A stretch of DNA of 64,000 nucleotides, taken from assembly GCF_009914755.1 (NCBI RefSeq), contig NC_060947.1; one strand, given 5' to 3'. The stretch is from the human T2T-CHM13v2.0 reference genome, Homo sapiens. A program made the translations under genes and the position numbers. Under the pieces are notes generated by a model. The model did not search any database, was not told the DNA's origin, and was given only the letters and a program-made list of their open reading frames with translations. Positions 1 to 12,655 of this stretch are shown piece after piece; position 1 is the stretch's first letter, and every line of letters starts with the position of its first letter.

Positions 1-1752
1 ACAGGGTAAACCTATACAATTTGCATAATGTAGTGGAAGGAATCATAGGTCTGGGAAACTACATACTAATAACTTTTCTGTCTTTAATTAGATGATTACT
101 TTTATTGAGTCTCCATTTTCTTTCCATTGAATAAGCAGTTGGGCTAGATGGTCTCTAAAAGCTCTTTTATGTCTTATAGCATGCTACTATTTACTTCTTT
201 GAGTGTCATTTACCTATGTATCATTGAGAGAAACCAAAACTATAAAAAATGATAAAAATTGGTCACTCTCCTTTCATACCAACACAGTCATACAATATTA
301 CCTCCTGATTAATTATTTTGTCTGGGCTATATTCTTCATTAGTGCTGAAACCATTTGTTTCAAACCAACATTATGACAAAGAGTTTTTCACAGTGAGTGG
401 TGATTCCAAATATTCACAGTCACACATATTTGCCAAAACTTTGGTTTGCATTAATCATATGTCATGCACCATTGTGTGTGGGGGCGGGGCCAGGAGTAAC
501 TTCTTCTCAGTCACAACACATCTCTGCCGGAGTTCAGAAAGCAAATATGAAAAACATAAATGCTTCCAGTATTTGTAATATGAATCAACAAACAACATGA
601 TGATAAACATAACAAATCATATTATTTTATACTTAAAAAAACATAAACTTGAAGACACAGCCCATTGGATATTCTATACATATTTGTTTTCTTTAATTCT
701 CTCTCATGTTTGTTAAAACATATATTTAACTGCAATCAGTTCTGCCCCACTGTTCTTTTCTTCTTTCGGAAAAAAAATGACAACTTTTCTTGTCCCTCAC
801 CCACATTTAGTGGCAAATTAATCAACTACAGGGAGTCAAGAGGGATTTTCATTTTCCATTTTAAAGGCCTTCAACCTATGGAATTAGCACTTTGAATTGT
901 TGCCAAGGGGAAGCCAGTCTCCAGGAAATAAAAGAAGGCCTAAAGGTTGGAAAGAAAGCTTTAGTTTTTGCTAAATGGCCCAAGGTGACACAATATCTGA
1001 CCTTTTGATGACCCCATTGAGGACAGATGGGTTTTAAGTGAAGGCATCTTCTATGTACACACTCTTGCTACACTCATATTTCTAAATGAACACCGTGAAG
1101 AAATGCCATTATTGTTAATGTTCTTTTTTCAGATCTACATTTCAGATAATACCCATCCTTCCGCTTGATCGGTTCTACAAAGAGAAATTTGAAGCAGGAA
1201 GCTGGTGAGCTCATTTTCCAGTTCAGAAATTCTTAAAAGAAATTAGCCTCTAGTTAGGTAGATATTTTACTGTAAATTAATTTTAGATACTGTAAGAAAT
1301 GACCTCAGAAACTGCCCCATCTGTTTCTTTTGACAACAGTGTTGCTGCTTGAAGTTGTTCTTCAAATTTCACCGACTCAAAGAGGAGAATAGTATTTTTC
1401 CTCAAGGGCTCCCGAAAGAATCCTCACTTCAACAAATATTGTTATTAGCTCTCCAAGAGGCATAAAAATTCATCAGGGTTTCCTCCTTCCAGCTGGGTAA
1501 AACTTGGGAGGTGCATATATTAAAAAACTGCCAAGTCTCTCAAGCTATACATTTTTATTAAGTTCCAAGCACATTTGCAAACAACTTTCTGTATGATAAA
1601 ATTTCACTGTCAGACTTTTTAGAATCTGGAAAATCTTCAGGGGCATAAATATACTTTTTTTGCGAATATAGTAAAAAATGTAAATGTGAGAAAGCTGAGA
1701 GTGTGGGAAAATTATGCAATGGGAAGTTAGTAGCTTCATCGTTGAGTTCGTT

Positions 1753-2020
1753 GCTGCTTAGCTCTGTTGGCTAAATCATGGCATTAATGAGACCAAGGCG
1801 ACAAGACTTACCTCCACATGGACCAATTAGCATCACTTATTTTCAATAACACAAATTGCAGCCATCACCCTAGTGAGCCAAATGGCAAACGCCTAATTTT
1901 GTCACAAGGGAAACCAGGTAAGTGTGACTGGCTCATTGCAAACCCAGGCTCATGACAAGAAAACTTCCTTGGAAGGAGAAGCTCTCCTGATAATATCTCT
2001 CCATGTACAAGAGCCAGCAT
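1753..2020 (+). mobile_element. Ancient tRNA-headed SINE relic (MamSINE1-like)
   Basis: Head TTAGCTCTGTTGGCTAAATCATGGCATTAATGAGACCAAGG aligns to tRNA-Ile(AAT) TTAGCTCAGTTGGTTAGAGCGTGGTGCTAATAACGCCAAGG; body motifs GTCACAAGGGAAACCAGG and ATCTCTCCATGTACAAGAGCCAGCA match recalled MamSINE1. Confidence 0.7.
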
Positions 2021-2469
2021 AAATAAGAGAAAAACATAATTAAAATTTGTATAAAATATTTTTCTCTGTAAAGCATATTTACACATATTATAGGACTTAA
2101 TCCCTACTACAATCCTACTACCTTCATTTTATACAGACAGAAACAGTTGCTATACTTTTTTCAGGTTGTGATGCACCCTATTAAGTCCTACAAGGAATAA
2201 GAGGTTTAAATACTAAAAGGAACAAAAAAGCATTTTGCAGCTTTTGAAATTTTTTATGAGAGTAAAAAATGTATTTTTATAGAATTTGCATGAAAACAAA
2301 GGCTCAAATATAAAGTTGGCTCAAATCACAACAAGCATTTCCTTTAAAAATATCAAATAAAGAAGACTAAAGTGAGTTTCCTACCCAGATTCTCTGGACA
2401 ATTACTTCATTTTACCCCTTTGTTTTAGATCTATACAAAGGCTCCCAATCAGATAGGACTTAAAATTCT

Positions 2470-2570
2470 TTCTTCCCATTCTAACATTCACAATAACCGT
2501 ATTAGTAGATATTATTCGCTCCATCTGTATAGGTAAAGGAACAAATTGTGAGATTGTGTGACTTACTCAT
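2470..2570 (-). mobile_element. MIR fragment
   Basis: cacaataaccgtattagtagatattattcgctccatctgtataggtaaaggaac...gtgacttactca, degenerate MIR core. Confidence 0.55.
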
Positions 2571-5529
2571 TTTCTTTAGGCACAACATTCATCTGCATTT
2601 ATGAGTTAATTAAAAATTGAAAAATAATAAAAACCCTCATCAAACCACATTAACTTATCGGTCATTAAATAAGTCCTTTCTGTCTGGTTGTTAGCTCCAC
2701 TTTGAGTCATTCATAATTTCATAAACAAGGCCTAAACGATAAATACCATAAAATAAGTAAAAAGTATGCTCAGATTTTTTCTTAACCCTCTTTTTGACTA
2801 GCCTTCCCTTCTGTAAAACTTAGTTCTAAGTACACAGCTATTCTAATATCTTCTCCCATTGTCTAAAAGTAAAAGAACATTTTCTTCTTCATCTCCAAAT
2901 AAAAGAAAAATGAGTAACAATTATTCTGGGAGCAATACTAAAGGCTGGACAGTTTTTCCTAGGTAGTTGGTTAGATTTTTTTTTCTTTTCTTTTTTTTCT
3001 TTTTTTTGATTGTTTGTTTTTACAAAACAGATAGGTTGTTTAACCAAGTTAACAAATACTGAATTATTTTGGTGTTCCAAAATTTAAAACAAAAAAAGCA
3101 CATGATTTTCTCACAACACTACTTTTGACAGCATCTTCCACGTAAGACACTAAAGGCTTTTATATAGTAAAAATGCAGATCCCAGAAATATTAAAGTATT
3201 CTAGATTCTAGAAATATTAGTTGTCTCTATTCTGTAACTCTATCTCATTAGCTTTATTTTGTGCCACAATGGGGAAATTTGAAAAGAGAAAAACATTTTT
3301 TGAGGAGGAAGAAACTCGGCAAAGTTATAACAGCACACCACTTTTTTTTTCCTTTCCATAATTTTGCAAACCAACACGTTGCAAAATTCATCAGTTTTGT
3401 TTCACATAAAAGGCTTTTTGCTCAGTACAATTTCCTTATAATCCATTTTGATTAAGTCTGCAAAGGTCTGCCAGTGCATCCTCAGATAAACTGCATTGCA
3501 ATTATCACTGTTAGTGTAAGTAGGAAGTCTTCAGAAGATTTTATTAGAAAATTAATATAATAACTGCTGGTGATTTAATAATTTTAGAGAGTTTAAAATA
3601 CTTTTTCCAGATTTCCCTGTTAGTAATAATCAATGAAGTGAAACTTTAGTCTCTTCTTCATCCTCACTGCCTTCTTCTTCAGCAATATAGTTGGTGGAAG
3701 CAGAAAAAGGAAGAAATCTCTGTCCTACATCCAAAAAATCTCTTAATAACATTAATTGTATATAGTCAAATGAAAAGAAATAAAGGTTGTCTTACTGGGA
3801 GGCAATTGTCTCAGGGAGTAATAAAGTTACTAAAGGTTGACCCCATATTGTTAAAGTATCCAAGTGATTGTTGCAAAAATTAAGTATACTTAACAGAAAT
3901 GTTTTTTATAAAGAAAGCTCATCAATCTTAAAGGAACATCTTTTTAAGATTTGTTTATTAATTTAATTTTGCTTTTAATCTAGGAAAAGTAGGGTAAAAA
4001 ACAGCAAAAAGGGGATGAATTAATATTTAATCAGGCATTTTTAACTATTAAAATATTGTCTGAGAACATACATAACAACCCACTTGAAGTATTTCTTCAT
4101 AAGAAACTGTCCTATGTTGAGAGTTAAAAATTCTTGTTTATAATCAACTGCTTCATAATAAAAGGAATTTCTGCTTACATCCTCAATTTCCAGCTAAGTG
4201 TGTATAGAAATTAGTCACTATTTCTATTTTTTTATGGACTAGAACATTTGATTATAGAAATTCTGCATATTTCTCCTCATTTAGGTCCCCTACAAATTCT
4301 ATATACGTAAAGCCTTCTTTCAATGTTCTGCTAAAATTAATCCTCACTGTAAGCCAAAATAATAATTTGAATATCTTAATACCCCATAGTTGTTTTAACA
4401 TTCCCTATTTTTCAAATTTCAAAATTCTATTACGAAGTGAAATACAGGCAGAAAGCCAAATCATAAGAATAAAATGAAACATTCACCTAATTGTATAAAA
4501 TTGTATTTACAGAGCCTACCTATCAATGCTCTGATGCTAAGTGTGTATGTGTTCGCAATGATTAAACATTTTCCAAAGCCATGAATGCCATTTAATTCCC
4601 CCTTCCTTTGACTAACCTTCACCTGACCTCACTCCCTAAGGCAATTTTAGATTCTTTTGTTTCTACATTCAAATCTTCAGTCAAGTAGGTGAGTTTATTA
4701 AAAATCAGTCATTAAAAAAATTCCTCAGAAGCAATTTTTGTGTAATTTTTTTCACAGATGCTTGTTACAAAAATTATTTCCCATTAAGCATACCTGCTTA
4801 TGACCTTTCAATTGATAGAGCAACTCAATTCATTGAAGACAAACCTGAACTAGCCCGTTTTGCAGTTTTAGCAGTCCTTCCTAGGCCAGTAAAATTAGCA
4901 CATACAGTATATAAATATACAGAGAAAAAGGATATTTATATAATCAGGTGAGGTACTCTGCAGCAAATGAGCTGAAAAAATATATGTAAGCGTACATAAA
5001 TCTCAATACTACACTGTGAAAGAAAAAAAGGTTAACTTAAAAAAAAACTCGTTTTCATGGAATTTTGCAAAATAAATTCTGTCCTATATATGGTCTTGAA
5101 AACCATTGTTTACTATTAAAATTGTTCCTTTAAAAATTAATTGCTAGGTAATTTCTTCTTATTATTATTAAAATCAAATATTTGGATTTTCTTTACAAGA
5201 ACATTTCTTAAAATAATATATCACCAGATACTTGCCATTTTTTCATAGAGAAAGTAAGAGTACAATAGAAGAGAGAGGACAATCTTAAACACCATTAATT
5301 TAAAAGGATTTGTGGAAAGAATTAGAAAAGGTAATAAACCACATTTTGGGGTCTTTTTAATAAAGTTTTTATCCTTACTATTTCAGACTTCAAAAATGTC
5401 ATGGTCACAAGTATCACAGTACTTGCCAGTTTCAAGGGAAAATTAAAACTTTACAATGTAGGTACAAAGTTGTAACCACCCTAAACAACAATTACTTATG
5501 ATCACTAATAGTGCATAAGCAGTCAGTAT

Positions 5530-5825
5530 GAGCCTTTTGATAAAATGCAATATGAAGTATGAAGCAGCACCTATGCTATGTACTTGTCAAAAATCTCATA
5601 CAGCCTTTTAACCTAACTTTCACTTTACAGGAAATTCAGGGATGTGAGGAATGAATTATATACTACAAGAAAGGAAGTAGTTAAATCCAGAAGATCAAAC
5701 ATTCTGTAGAATCACGGTTCCCATCTCTTTAAAAACTCATTTATAAAGAACAAAAAAAGGTGTGGGTCTATTACATTAGACAAAAATTATTCATGATATT
5801 TGATTGAATCCTGATTTGAATAAGC
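5530..5825 (+). mobile_element. Old L1M (L1MC/ME) 3'UTR fragment
   Basis: ttcactttacaggaaattcaggga...aaatccagaag...acattctgtaga...gattgaatcctgatttgaataa typical of old L1M 3' ends. Confidence 0.5.
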
Positions 5826-5839
5826 AAGGAGAGTCACTA

Positions 5840-5985
5840 ATTCTAACCTAACTTCCTCCTTTTAATCTTGTTAAAGATAGAAAAACAGAATCCAGCAATG
5901 GGAGAGGAATTGTCCAAAGCCTCACAGCTGGTCAGGGACTAGAGTTTAAGTCTCCTAACTCTTAATTCTCTGTTCTATTCCTGAA
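5840..5985 (-). mobile_element. MIR fragment
   Basis: aaagatagaaaaacagaatccag...gaattgtccaaagcctcacagctggtcagggactagagtttaagtctcctaactc. Confidence 0.6.
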
Positions 5986-6274
5986 GTCGATTCTAAAGCC
6001 CATTTTAGAGTACTGTCCTGTCACTGTGTTATTTTAGGCCATGTCATCTTGAGGAGCCGTCTGACTCCACATGGTTTAGAATATTCTTAATGTCTTCCAG
6101 CCAAGCTACAGTTTAAAATGAAGAAACTCCTTGCCTTTGCCGTGGTAAATCATATTCTATTGGTCTTTGACAACAAAGATGTTGTCCTTTTCTATATTGT
6201 ACAAAAATTCTTAGCAACAGTGAGGTGAACTTTATTTTAGAATTTCTGTGAAAGGGCCATAATCATCGAGGGGA

Positions 6275-6440
6275 GGTAAGTAGAGTATGGTGATTTAACA
6301 TAGGAGTCTGAAGGTCTAGGTTTCTTCTTCATTCAGACACTAAAATATAGGACAGAATCACTGAGCTGGGTAATTATCTTGAGGCAGTTATTGAATCACT
6401 TTGTGACTCAGTTTCTTTCTCTGGAAAAAGCAATATTGAT
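6275..6440 (+). mobile_element. MIR fragment
   Basis: agtatggtgatttaacataggagtctga...cttgaggcagttattgaatcactttgtgactcagtttctttctctggaaaa (MIR core). Confidence 0.65.
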
Positions 6441-7260
6441 TCCAGAATCATCTACATATGACCCTAAGACCCACTAAAATTATTCTATCTATAGAAATTT
6501 TCAAGATTTTTCAGACAAAAGTCACTTTATCAGTGATAAAACAATAGAAAGGAAACGTAATCTAATATGATGTCTCCTGTAAAGCAACATCTCTGCTATT
6601 TATTCTTTTCTTTGACTTCATAATCCAAAATTCTCTTGGGAATTTTCTTCTCTGGGTCTACTTTCAACTTATCTCCCAATAATGTCAAGGAAAATTGAAA
6701 TAAGTTCTACAAACAAATCTACAAACTAAGATGTTCTTTTTTTCCCCTTTTTCTATAATGAAAAGGGTCTTCTATTAGGAATTACAATAATGAAATACGG
6801 CAGTAGATCTTAAAGTTTTCCCTTCCTCAGGCTGCAGTTATGTAAAAGGTTATATAGTACAACAGTTATTAATCCTTCTTCACTTTGACAATTGATTTGA
6901 ATACAACGTCTGTTGTAGACTCTATAATACAAGATCATAGAAGTTCAAAACTAATTTATTGCTCTTTGTTCCACCCTGCAAAAAGTGCACCTTATCAAAA
7001 CTTTTACTGTCAGATCGATATTATGCTGAAGCAAAAAAATGCAGATTAGCTGTTAAACGCTTCTCTTTTTAGCTGCATTCATGAATTACTTTGCAAAATG
7101 CAGGCACTGTGGTGGAGGAAGGAAAACTTCAGTAGAGAATTTTAAAATGGAGTGGAGAAGCAAGTCGGAAAAGAGGTCCCATAAAGGCTCTATTCCTAAA
7201 ATTCACTAGTGTAAATGTAATACATTTACATATTTAAATAAAACACTGATTGTACTTGGT

Positions 7261-7361
7261 ATGTGCAGATATTGAACTTGAAACTGGAAACTGGTAGTGG
7301 AGAAGACATCTGTTCCCATTTGGACTGGTTTCCCTTTTCCAGTTCAGTATTACCTGCACGT
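7261..7361. repeat. Imperfect ~100-nt inverted repeat (ancient palindromic element)
   Basis: Arm 7261-7295 is the imperfect reverse complement of 7324-7361 with a 28-nt loop. Confidence 0.7.
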
Positions 7362-8421
7362 AGGGAACACAGATCCCAACAAAGTTCTTCTCAGATGCCA
7401 AAATCAAAAGTATTTGAGCAGACTGTAATGGTTTGATTCACATTAGTGAGGCAAACTTATTGAATGTAGAGGCTAATAAATTCCCAGTTAAAGTACAAAG
7501 CGCTCATTGATTTTACAAGGAAAAATCTGTGATTCCACTCTGTTCAAAGACTGTTTACAGCAAATGATAAAATGTAACTAGCTTTGTTTTTCAATTAGGC
7601 CTATTCGAAAATTCATCAAGCATTCTCCCTGCTCCCCACAAAGATCTCTCCATTATCACCTCATCTCTGGGGTCAGAAGGGTGTACAAACACAAACCGGG
7701 TTAGAGGTAACAAAAGGGAGGAAAAATAAGGCATCTGAATGCAAGCATATTTGGGTAAAACTGCACAATTTCTGAAAATAGATGCTGAAATAGATGGTAG
7801 GTTTATATGCTGCCCTCAGGCATTGATACCTTCAACTTGCATGCTTATTTATATTCGCATATTCTGCTATTAGGTGGGAAACAGTTACCACAGCAACCTC
7901 TAAATCACCTGGCAGCTTAGCTGTTTCAATAAAGCCATAGTATTCTAACACTTAAAAAAAAATAGTTGTATATGACAATAAAAAACAATGTCTTGTATGT
8001 GATGTTTTTAAAGTGAAGGGCATTCATCTTCACATCGTCCTTGTTCCATCCATCCAGCTAGCTAGTAGTGGAACTTGAGAATGTATATCAGGTGTTCCAA
8101 ATCTGAATTTCTTCTCTTTTTTCCACTCTATTCCACCGAGTTTATAAGATTTTCAGTGAATTAGCATTGGTTAAATTTTTTTCTAATTCTCAGTACACAT
8201 TCGAGTAGAAGGCTTATACACGTGCATTCCATTTTTCACTTGGGCTTTTCACTTTTACTTTACCATTATGGAGCTGCTTCCTTTAAATATTACATATGAG
8301 TGAACAACGGTGCATTTAGCATTAAAGTTTACACAGGAGGGAGAAAGAAAAACATAGGCTGTTATAAGAATAATCTAGTTTAGTGCATTTATTACTATGT
8401 ATAGGTTTCAGGTAACCTTAA

Positions 8422-8754
<333 letters not shown>

Positions 8755-9179
8755 TAAAATATATCCACTAGCAGTTTTCTGTTAGCTCCAAGTATATAAT
8801 TTCTTCTTACTGGTGCACAAATACGACTGCAATGGCAAGTCAAAATTTCTCATTTCCTGAGAATTTTGTTTTCTGTTTTTATAAAACTGCTTTTAATTTT
8901 TGATGGTGAAAGTTTGTTTCTTTGTGCTTTCATTATGCAAGATATAATCTTGTAACAGTATTTGCATTTCCAGTCTGCAGTGCTAAAATCTAAGCATCTC
9001 CTTATTCACTTCCTTTTGGCAGCTAATTTAGAATGTACACCAATTAACTGGAAGGTGAAAATAATTGGAAAGGAGATTCCAATTTCCAGCTAATTTTTGG
9101 AAAAGGGGATTAATCCTTATTGTTAAATATCCTTCTAACACATATTGAAATATGAAAGGGTAAAAGTGTATTTTTTTCA

Positions 9180-9340
9180 AGAATATACTTAAAATACTCT
9201 AGAAAAAAAAAGGAGGAGAATGAGAATGGTAAAATGTTGATAATTTTTGAGTCTGGGTACTAAATACATGGCATTTTATTGTTATTATTTTCTCTACCTT
9301 TGTGCATATTTGAAATTTTTATAATAAAAATTAAAAACAG
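9180..9340 (+). mobile_element. Old L1M extreme 3' end fragment
   Basis: atggtaaaatgttgataatttttgagtctggg...ttctctacctttgtgcatatttgaaatttttataataaaaa. Confidence 0.65.
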
Positions 9341-9796
9341 TCTAAAATGTAATAGCTTCAAGATTTTGGCCCTATAGTATTTAGTAAATATAATTTAATC
9401 TTCTTTTACTTGATTGAAGAAAATGACAGATAACTATATGTAAAACACTTTCCACATATTATCTCATTTAATTTCTATATCAATCAACTTAGGTAGGTAT
9501 CTTAATTTTAAAGACAAGAAATTGAAAGTTGAGAATTAGTGGCAGACAAATCGGTCTGACAATAAGATCAACTGTGCTCTGAATGTCTCCACTTAAATAA
9601 GGATCTGCCTCTCACCGTTTAGGACTGGAGGACTGTAAGTATGGGAGAGTAGGCTAGATGTGTGTTAAGGTCTGGAATGTATTTGTTTGTTTGTTTTGTG
9701 TTTTACTTATTCTATAACAAGAATTTGTTTTGCTCTTTTCTGTTATTTTTAATTTTTCACCTTTTATTCTAAGGCAAAGAGTAATAGTAAAGTTCG

Positions 9797-9910
9797 GGCT
9801 ATAAAGTTGCAAATTAAAATACAGGATGATATTTGAGGCATGCATATACTGAGAATTAACTAATTTAGCTGGGCATCCTGTATTTTTATTTTATAAATCT
9901 GTCAACCTTA
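9797..9910. mobile_element. MER53-like palindromic MITE, internally deleted
   Basis: aaaatacaggatg (9816-9828) is the exact reverse complement of catcctgtatttt (9874-9886); terminus aatctgtcaacctta resembles MER53 ATCTGGCAACCCTA. Confidence 0.7.
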
Positions 9911-10290
9911 CATTAGTAAAACGTTTTGCTTAGTTGAATTATAGTGAATTGAGGTTTCAGTAGGCACGGACATGAATATGTAAACATTGTCTTCGTTGCA
10001 ATGGAGAGGTACTTGCAAATCTGAAGTATTGCAGAAAAGCATGACTTTCTTCCAATATTAGGTTCAAAATACTGAGTAAGTTATTACTCAACATTTCTGT
10101 AATGAATAGGTACTGCTTTTGTGATTTAAAAAAGTCATTTTTAAATTTTAAAATAAATAGATTTCCACTTTAAAAGAGCTGACTGAATACCTCTGAATAA
10201 ATGCAAGGGTTTGTTTTATTGTTTTATTTGTTTTGGGAGTGACATTTATTTTTCTCAGCATTGAGGGGTCACAGAGATACTTACAAAGAA

Positions 10291-10297
10291 CTTTCTT

Positions 10298-10329
<32 letters not shown>

Positions 10330-10485
10330 TTCTTCTTCTTCTTCTTCTTCTTCTTCTTCTTCTTCTTCTTCTTCTTCTTCTTCTTCTTCTTCTTCTTCTT
10401 CTTCTTCTTCTTCTTCTTCTTCTTCTTCTTCTTCTTCTTCTTCTTCTTCTCCTTCTCCTTCTCCTTCTCCTTCTTCTTCTTCTTC
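10291..10485. repeat. (TTC)47 / (GAA)47 pure triplet repeat within a 195-nt pure pyrimidine tract
   Basis: Uninterrupted TTC 10309-10449, then (TCCTTC)4 and (TTC)4; abuts the tail of a minus-strand Alu. Confidence 0.98.
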
Positions 10486-10751
10486 ATTTATTTATTTTTT
10501 TTGACAGTGTCTCACCTTGTTGCCCAGGTGGGAGTACAGTGCAGTGGTACAATCACAGCTAGCTGCAGCTTTGTACACCACCACACCTAGCTATTTTTAA
10601 AAATTTTTTGTAGAGACAAGGTCTTACTACGTTGCTCAGGCTGAGCTCTAACTCCTGGGCTCAAGTGATCCACCCACCCTGAAGTGATCCCCCCTCCATG
10701 GCCTCCCACAGTGCTGGGATTACAAGCATGAATCAATCACCACCCCGGTCC
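10486..10751 (-). mobile_element. AluJ with internal deletion
   Basis: gtctcaccttgttgcccagg...ctcctgggctcaagtgatcc...gtgctgggattacaagcatg; part of the right arm is missing near 10570 and aagtgatcc is duplicated. Confidence 0.9.
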
Positions 10752-11719
10752 CTTTTTCTTCTTTTAAATAAAAGTAGAGATTTCGCCAAACACTCGAACC
10801 TATTGGGAATTTAAACCAAATCAATAAGGAAAACTCTAAATATTATATAGGGCCTTAAGTTATTTGGGGTTATTTTTCTGCTGCAAAATTTTTAGGTGGG
10901 TTTATTGTATAATGAAAAGGAAAAAAGGAAAAGAAGCAATAATAATCACCAATGAACGAAAACAACCAATTTATTAAATTCCATCAACCCGTTAATTTAG
11001 TTGGGGGTGGGGGTGGGGTTAGTCTAATTTGTTATTTGACTGACTTAATAAAATAAAACAACTATACCTCACGTGCAGTTTGTTTGCAAATGTTACTTGC
11101 TTTTAAAACTATAAGTAAAAAAAGTCTATTAAGAAAAATGCATGCAGCATTCCTCACTCAGGCCAGATGAATTACCAAAATTCTTGTTTGCATCCAAACA
11201 TGATTAGCATATTCTAGTGCTTTCTAGTGCCTTCTAGCATCCTGTTTTTTCCCAAATCAGTATTCATTCTGGGCAATGCTGACGTGTATGGTTGTCTTCA
11301 TAGCATTCCATCTGCGAGCCATGCTGAGAGAAAGCACTGATCCTTTCACTGGACTATACGGAGTCTGTAAACCATCAACACAAAAGAAACCCTCCCACAT
11401 GAAGAAGAAAAAACTGTCAGCAATTGTCTCAGAAAATTTTCTTTACAAACATGACTCTCAGAAGATTGAGGAACGAATGAATTAAATTAACTAACAGCAA
11501 ATCCACTAATTAAAACTACTAAAGCAATGCTTGCTTGTGAAGATGTTTACTGGTTTGTTACCTCTCTGAAACTATGCTTCCCATTTAGCAAAATCATGTT
11601 TGTGTTTCTACCTAATTTGTAATAAGATACTTGAAAATTGCTAATTAATAATTCTGATAAACAATGAAGGGCCGACATTTTGCTGAGCATTTTATTTCCT
11701 CTTATTGCTAATATTTCAC

Positions 11720-12000
11720 TTCATATTCAAAGGTTCTCACCTTTTTATCTTCATGCCACTCATTATCAGAGTGCCTGATTTTATACTCATATCTCATCCT
11801 AACCAGGTAGCTTATTTCCATCTTTCTTCTACTCTGTAATCTTTCACCAGACCCCTGGTTGTTTCTCCCATATACCACAACAGTTACATTCATGCAGAGG
11901 GAACTGCTTAAAATGCTTTTCCTTTCCATGGTTGCCTGTCCAAATGTCAATTGTTATGATTCCAACTCAAGTTACACTTGCTCTGTAAAATCGTTATTTA
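11720..12000 (+). mobile_element. L2 fragment
   Basis: Pyrimidine-rich degenerate L2 3' region (aaatgcttttcctttcc...caactcaagttacacttgctctgtaaaatc). Confidence 0.45.
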
Positions 12001-12655
12001 ATTGCACATATTTCTCACGTATTTCCCTTTTTTCTAAGTCCCTAAATGTGGTTCTCAAATAGTGGTGCAAGTACCCTTGTGATTACTGATACTCTTCCCT
12101 AAAGTCTGTGACATCAAAATATTTCCATTTAAATGCCAAAATATGATCTGCCTTTTTTATTGTGTAGATATTGGCATATGGCAGAAAATCAATGAGGATT
12201 AAAAATGCTGGCACCTTAGAAAAAATCAAGGCAGTGGTACTAAACTGCTAATAGTCATTATGTTATTTACTGTCACACATATGCAAGTAGAAACAAGCCA
12301 GTTATACCGGAAAACATTCTTGATGAAGCGGTAAAGACTATCAAGGCTATTAAATCTAAATCCCTGAATACACAACTTTTTAATAATTTTTTGATAAAAT
12401 GGGAAGTGTACATAAAGCACCTTTGTTGCATACTAAAGTATGATGGTTTTCTCCAGAAAAAGCAGTTGTATGATTGTTTGAAGTAAAAGATGTTAGCCAT
12501 TTTGAAACCTAAACAACACATTGTTTTATTTGAAAGCATGAGAGAAAAATCATGGTCATTTAGACAGGTATTTGGTAGACTTTTTCTCAAAAATAAAGGA
12601 AGCAAGACATCAGTGAAAAAAAAATGACAGTATTTATCAAAAATATTTGTTATTT

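Noticed and set aside
1753-1826. Functional tRNA-Ile gene
   Set aside because: B-box GGTTCGA is lost and the stems do not pair; it continues into a SINE body.
318-3455. Short ORFs of 60-90 aa in the unique region
   Set aside because: No recognisable domains, many non-ATG starts, lengths expected by chance.
7210-7230. Perfect palindrome tgtaaatgta-a-tacatttaca
   Set aside because: 10-bp AT-rich arms can arise by chance or a small template switch; no further support.
10291-10485. Identification as the FXN or FGF14 disease repeat
   Set aside because: The FXN repeat lies in the middle of an AluS, whereas this one is at an AluJ tail; I do not recognise FGF14 flanks here.
10233-10590. ORFs encoding poly-Leu, poly-Phe and poly-Lys
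   Set aside because: Translations of the TTC/GAA microsatellite plus Alu sequence; no gene context.
11003-11018. G-quadruplex
   Set aside because: Only three G tracts.
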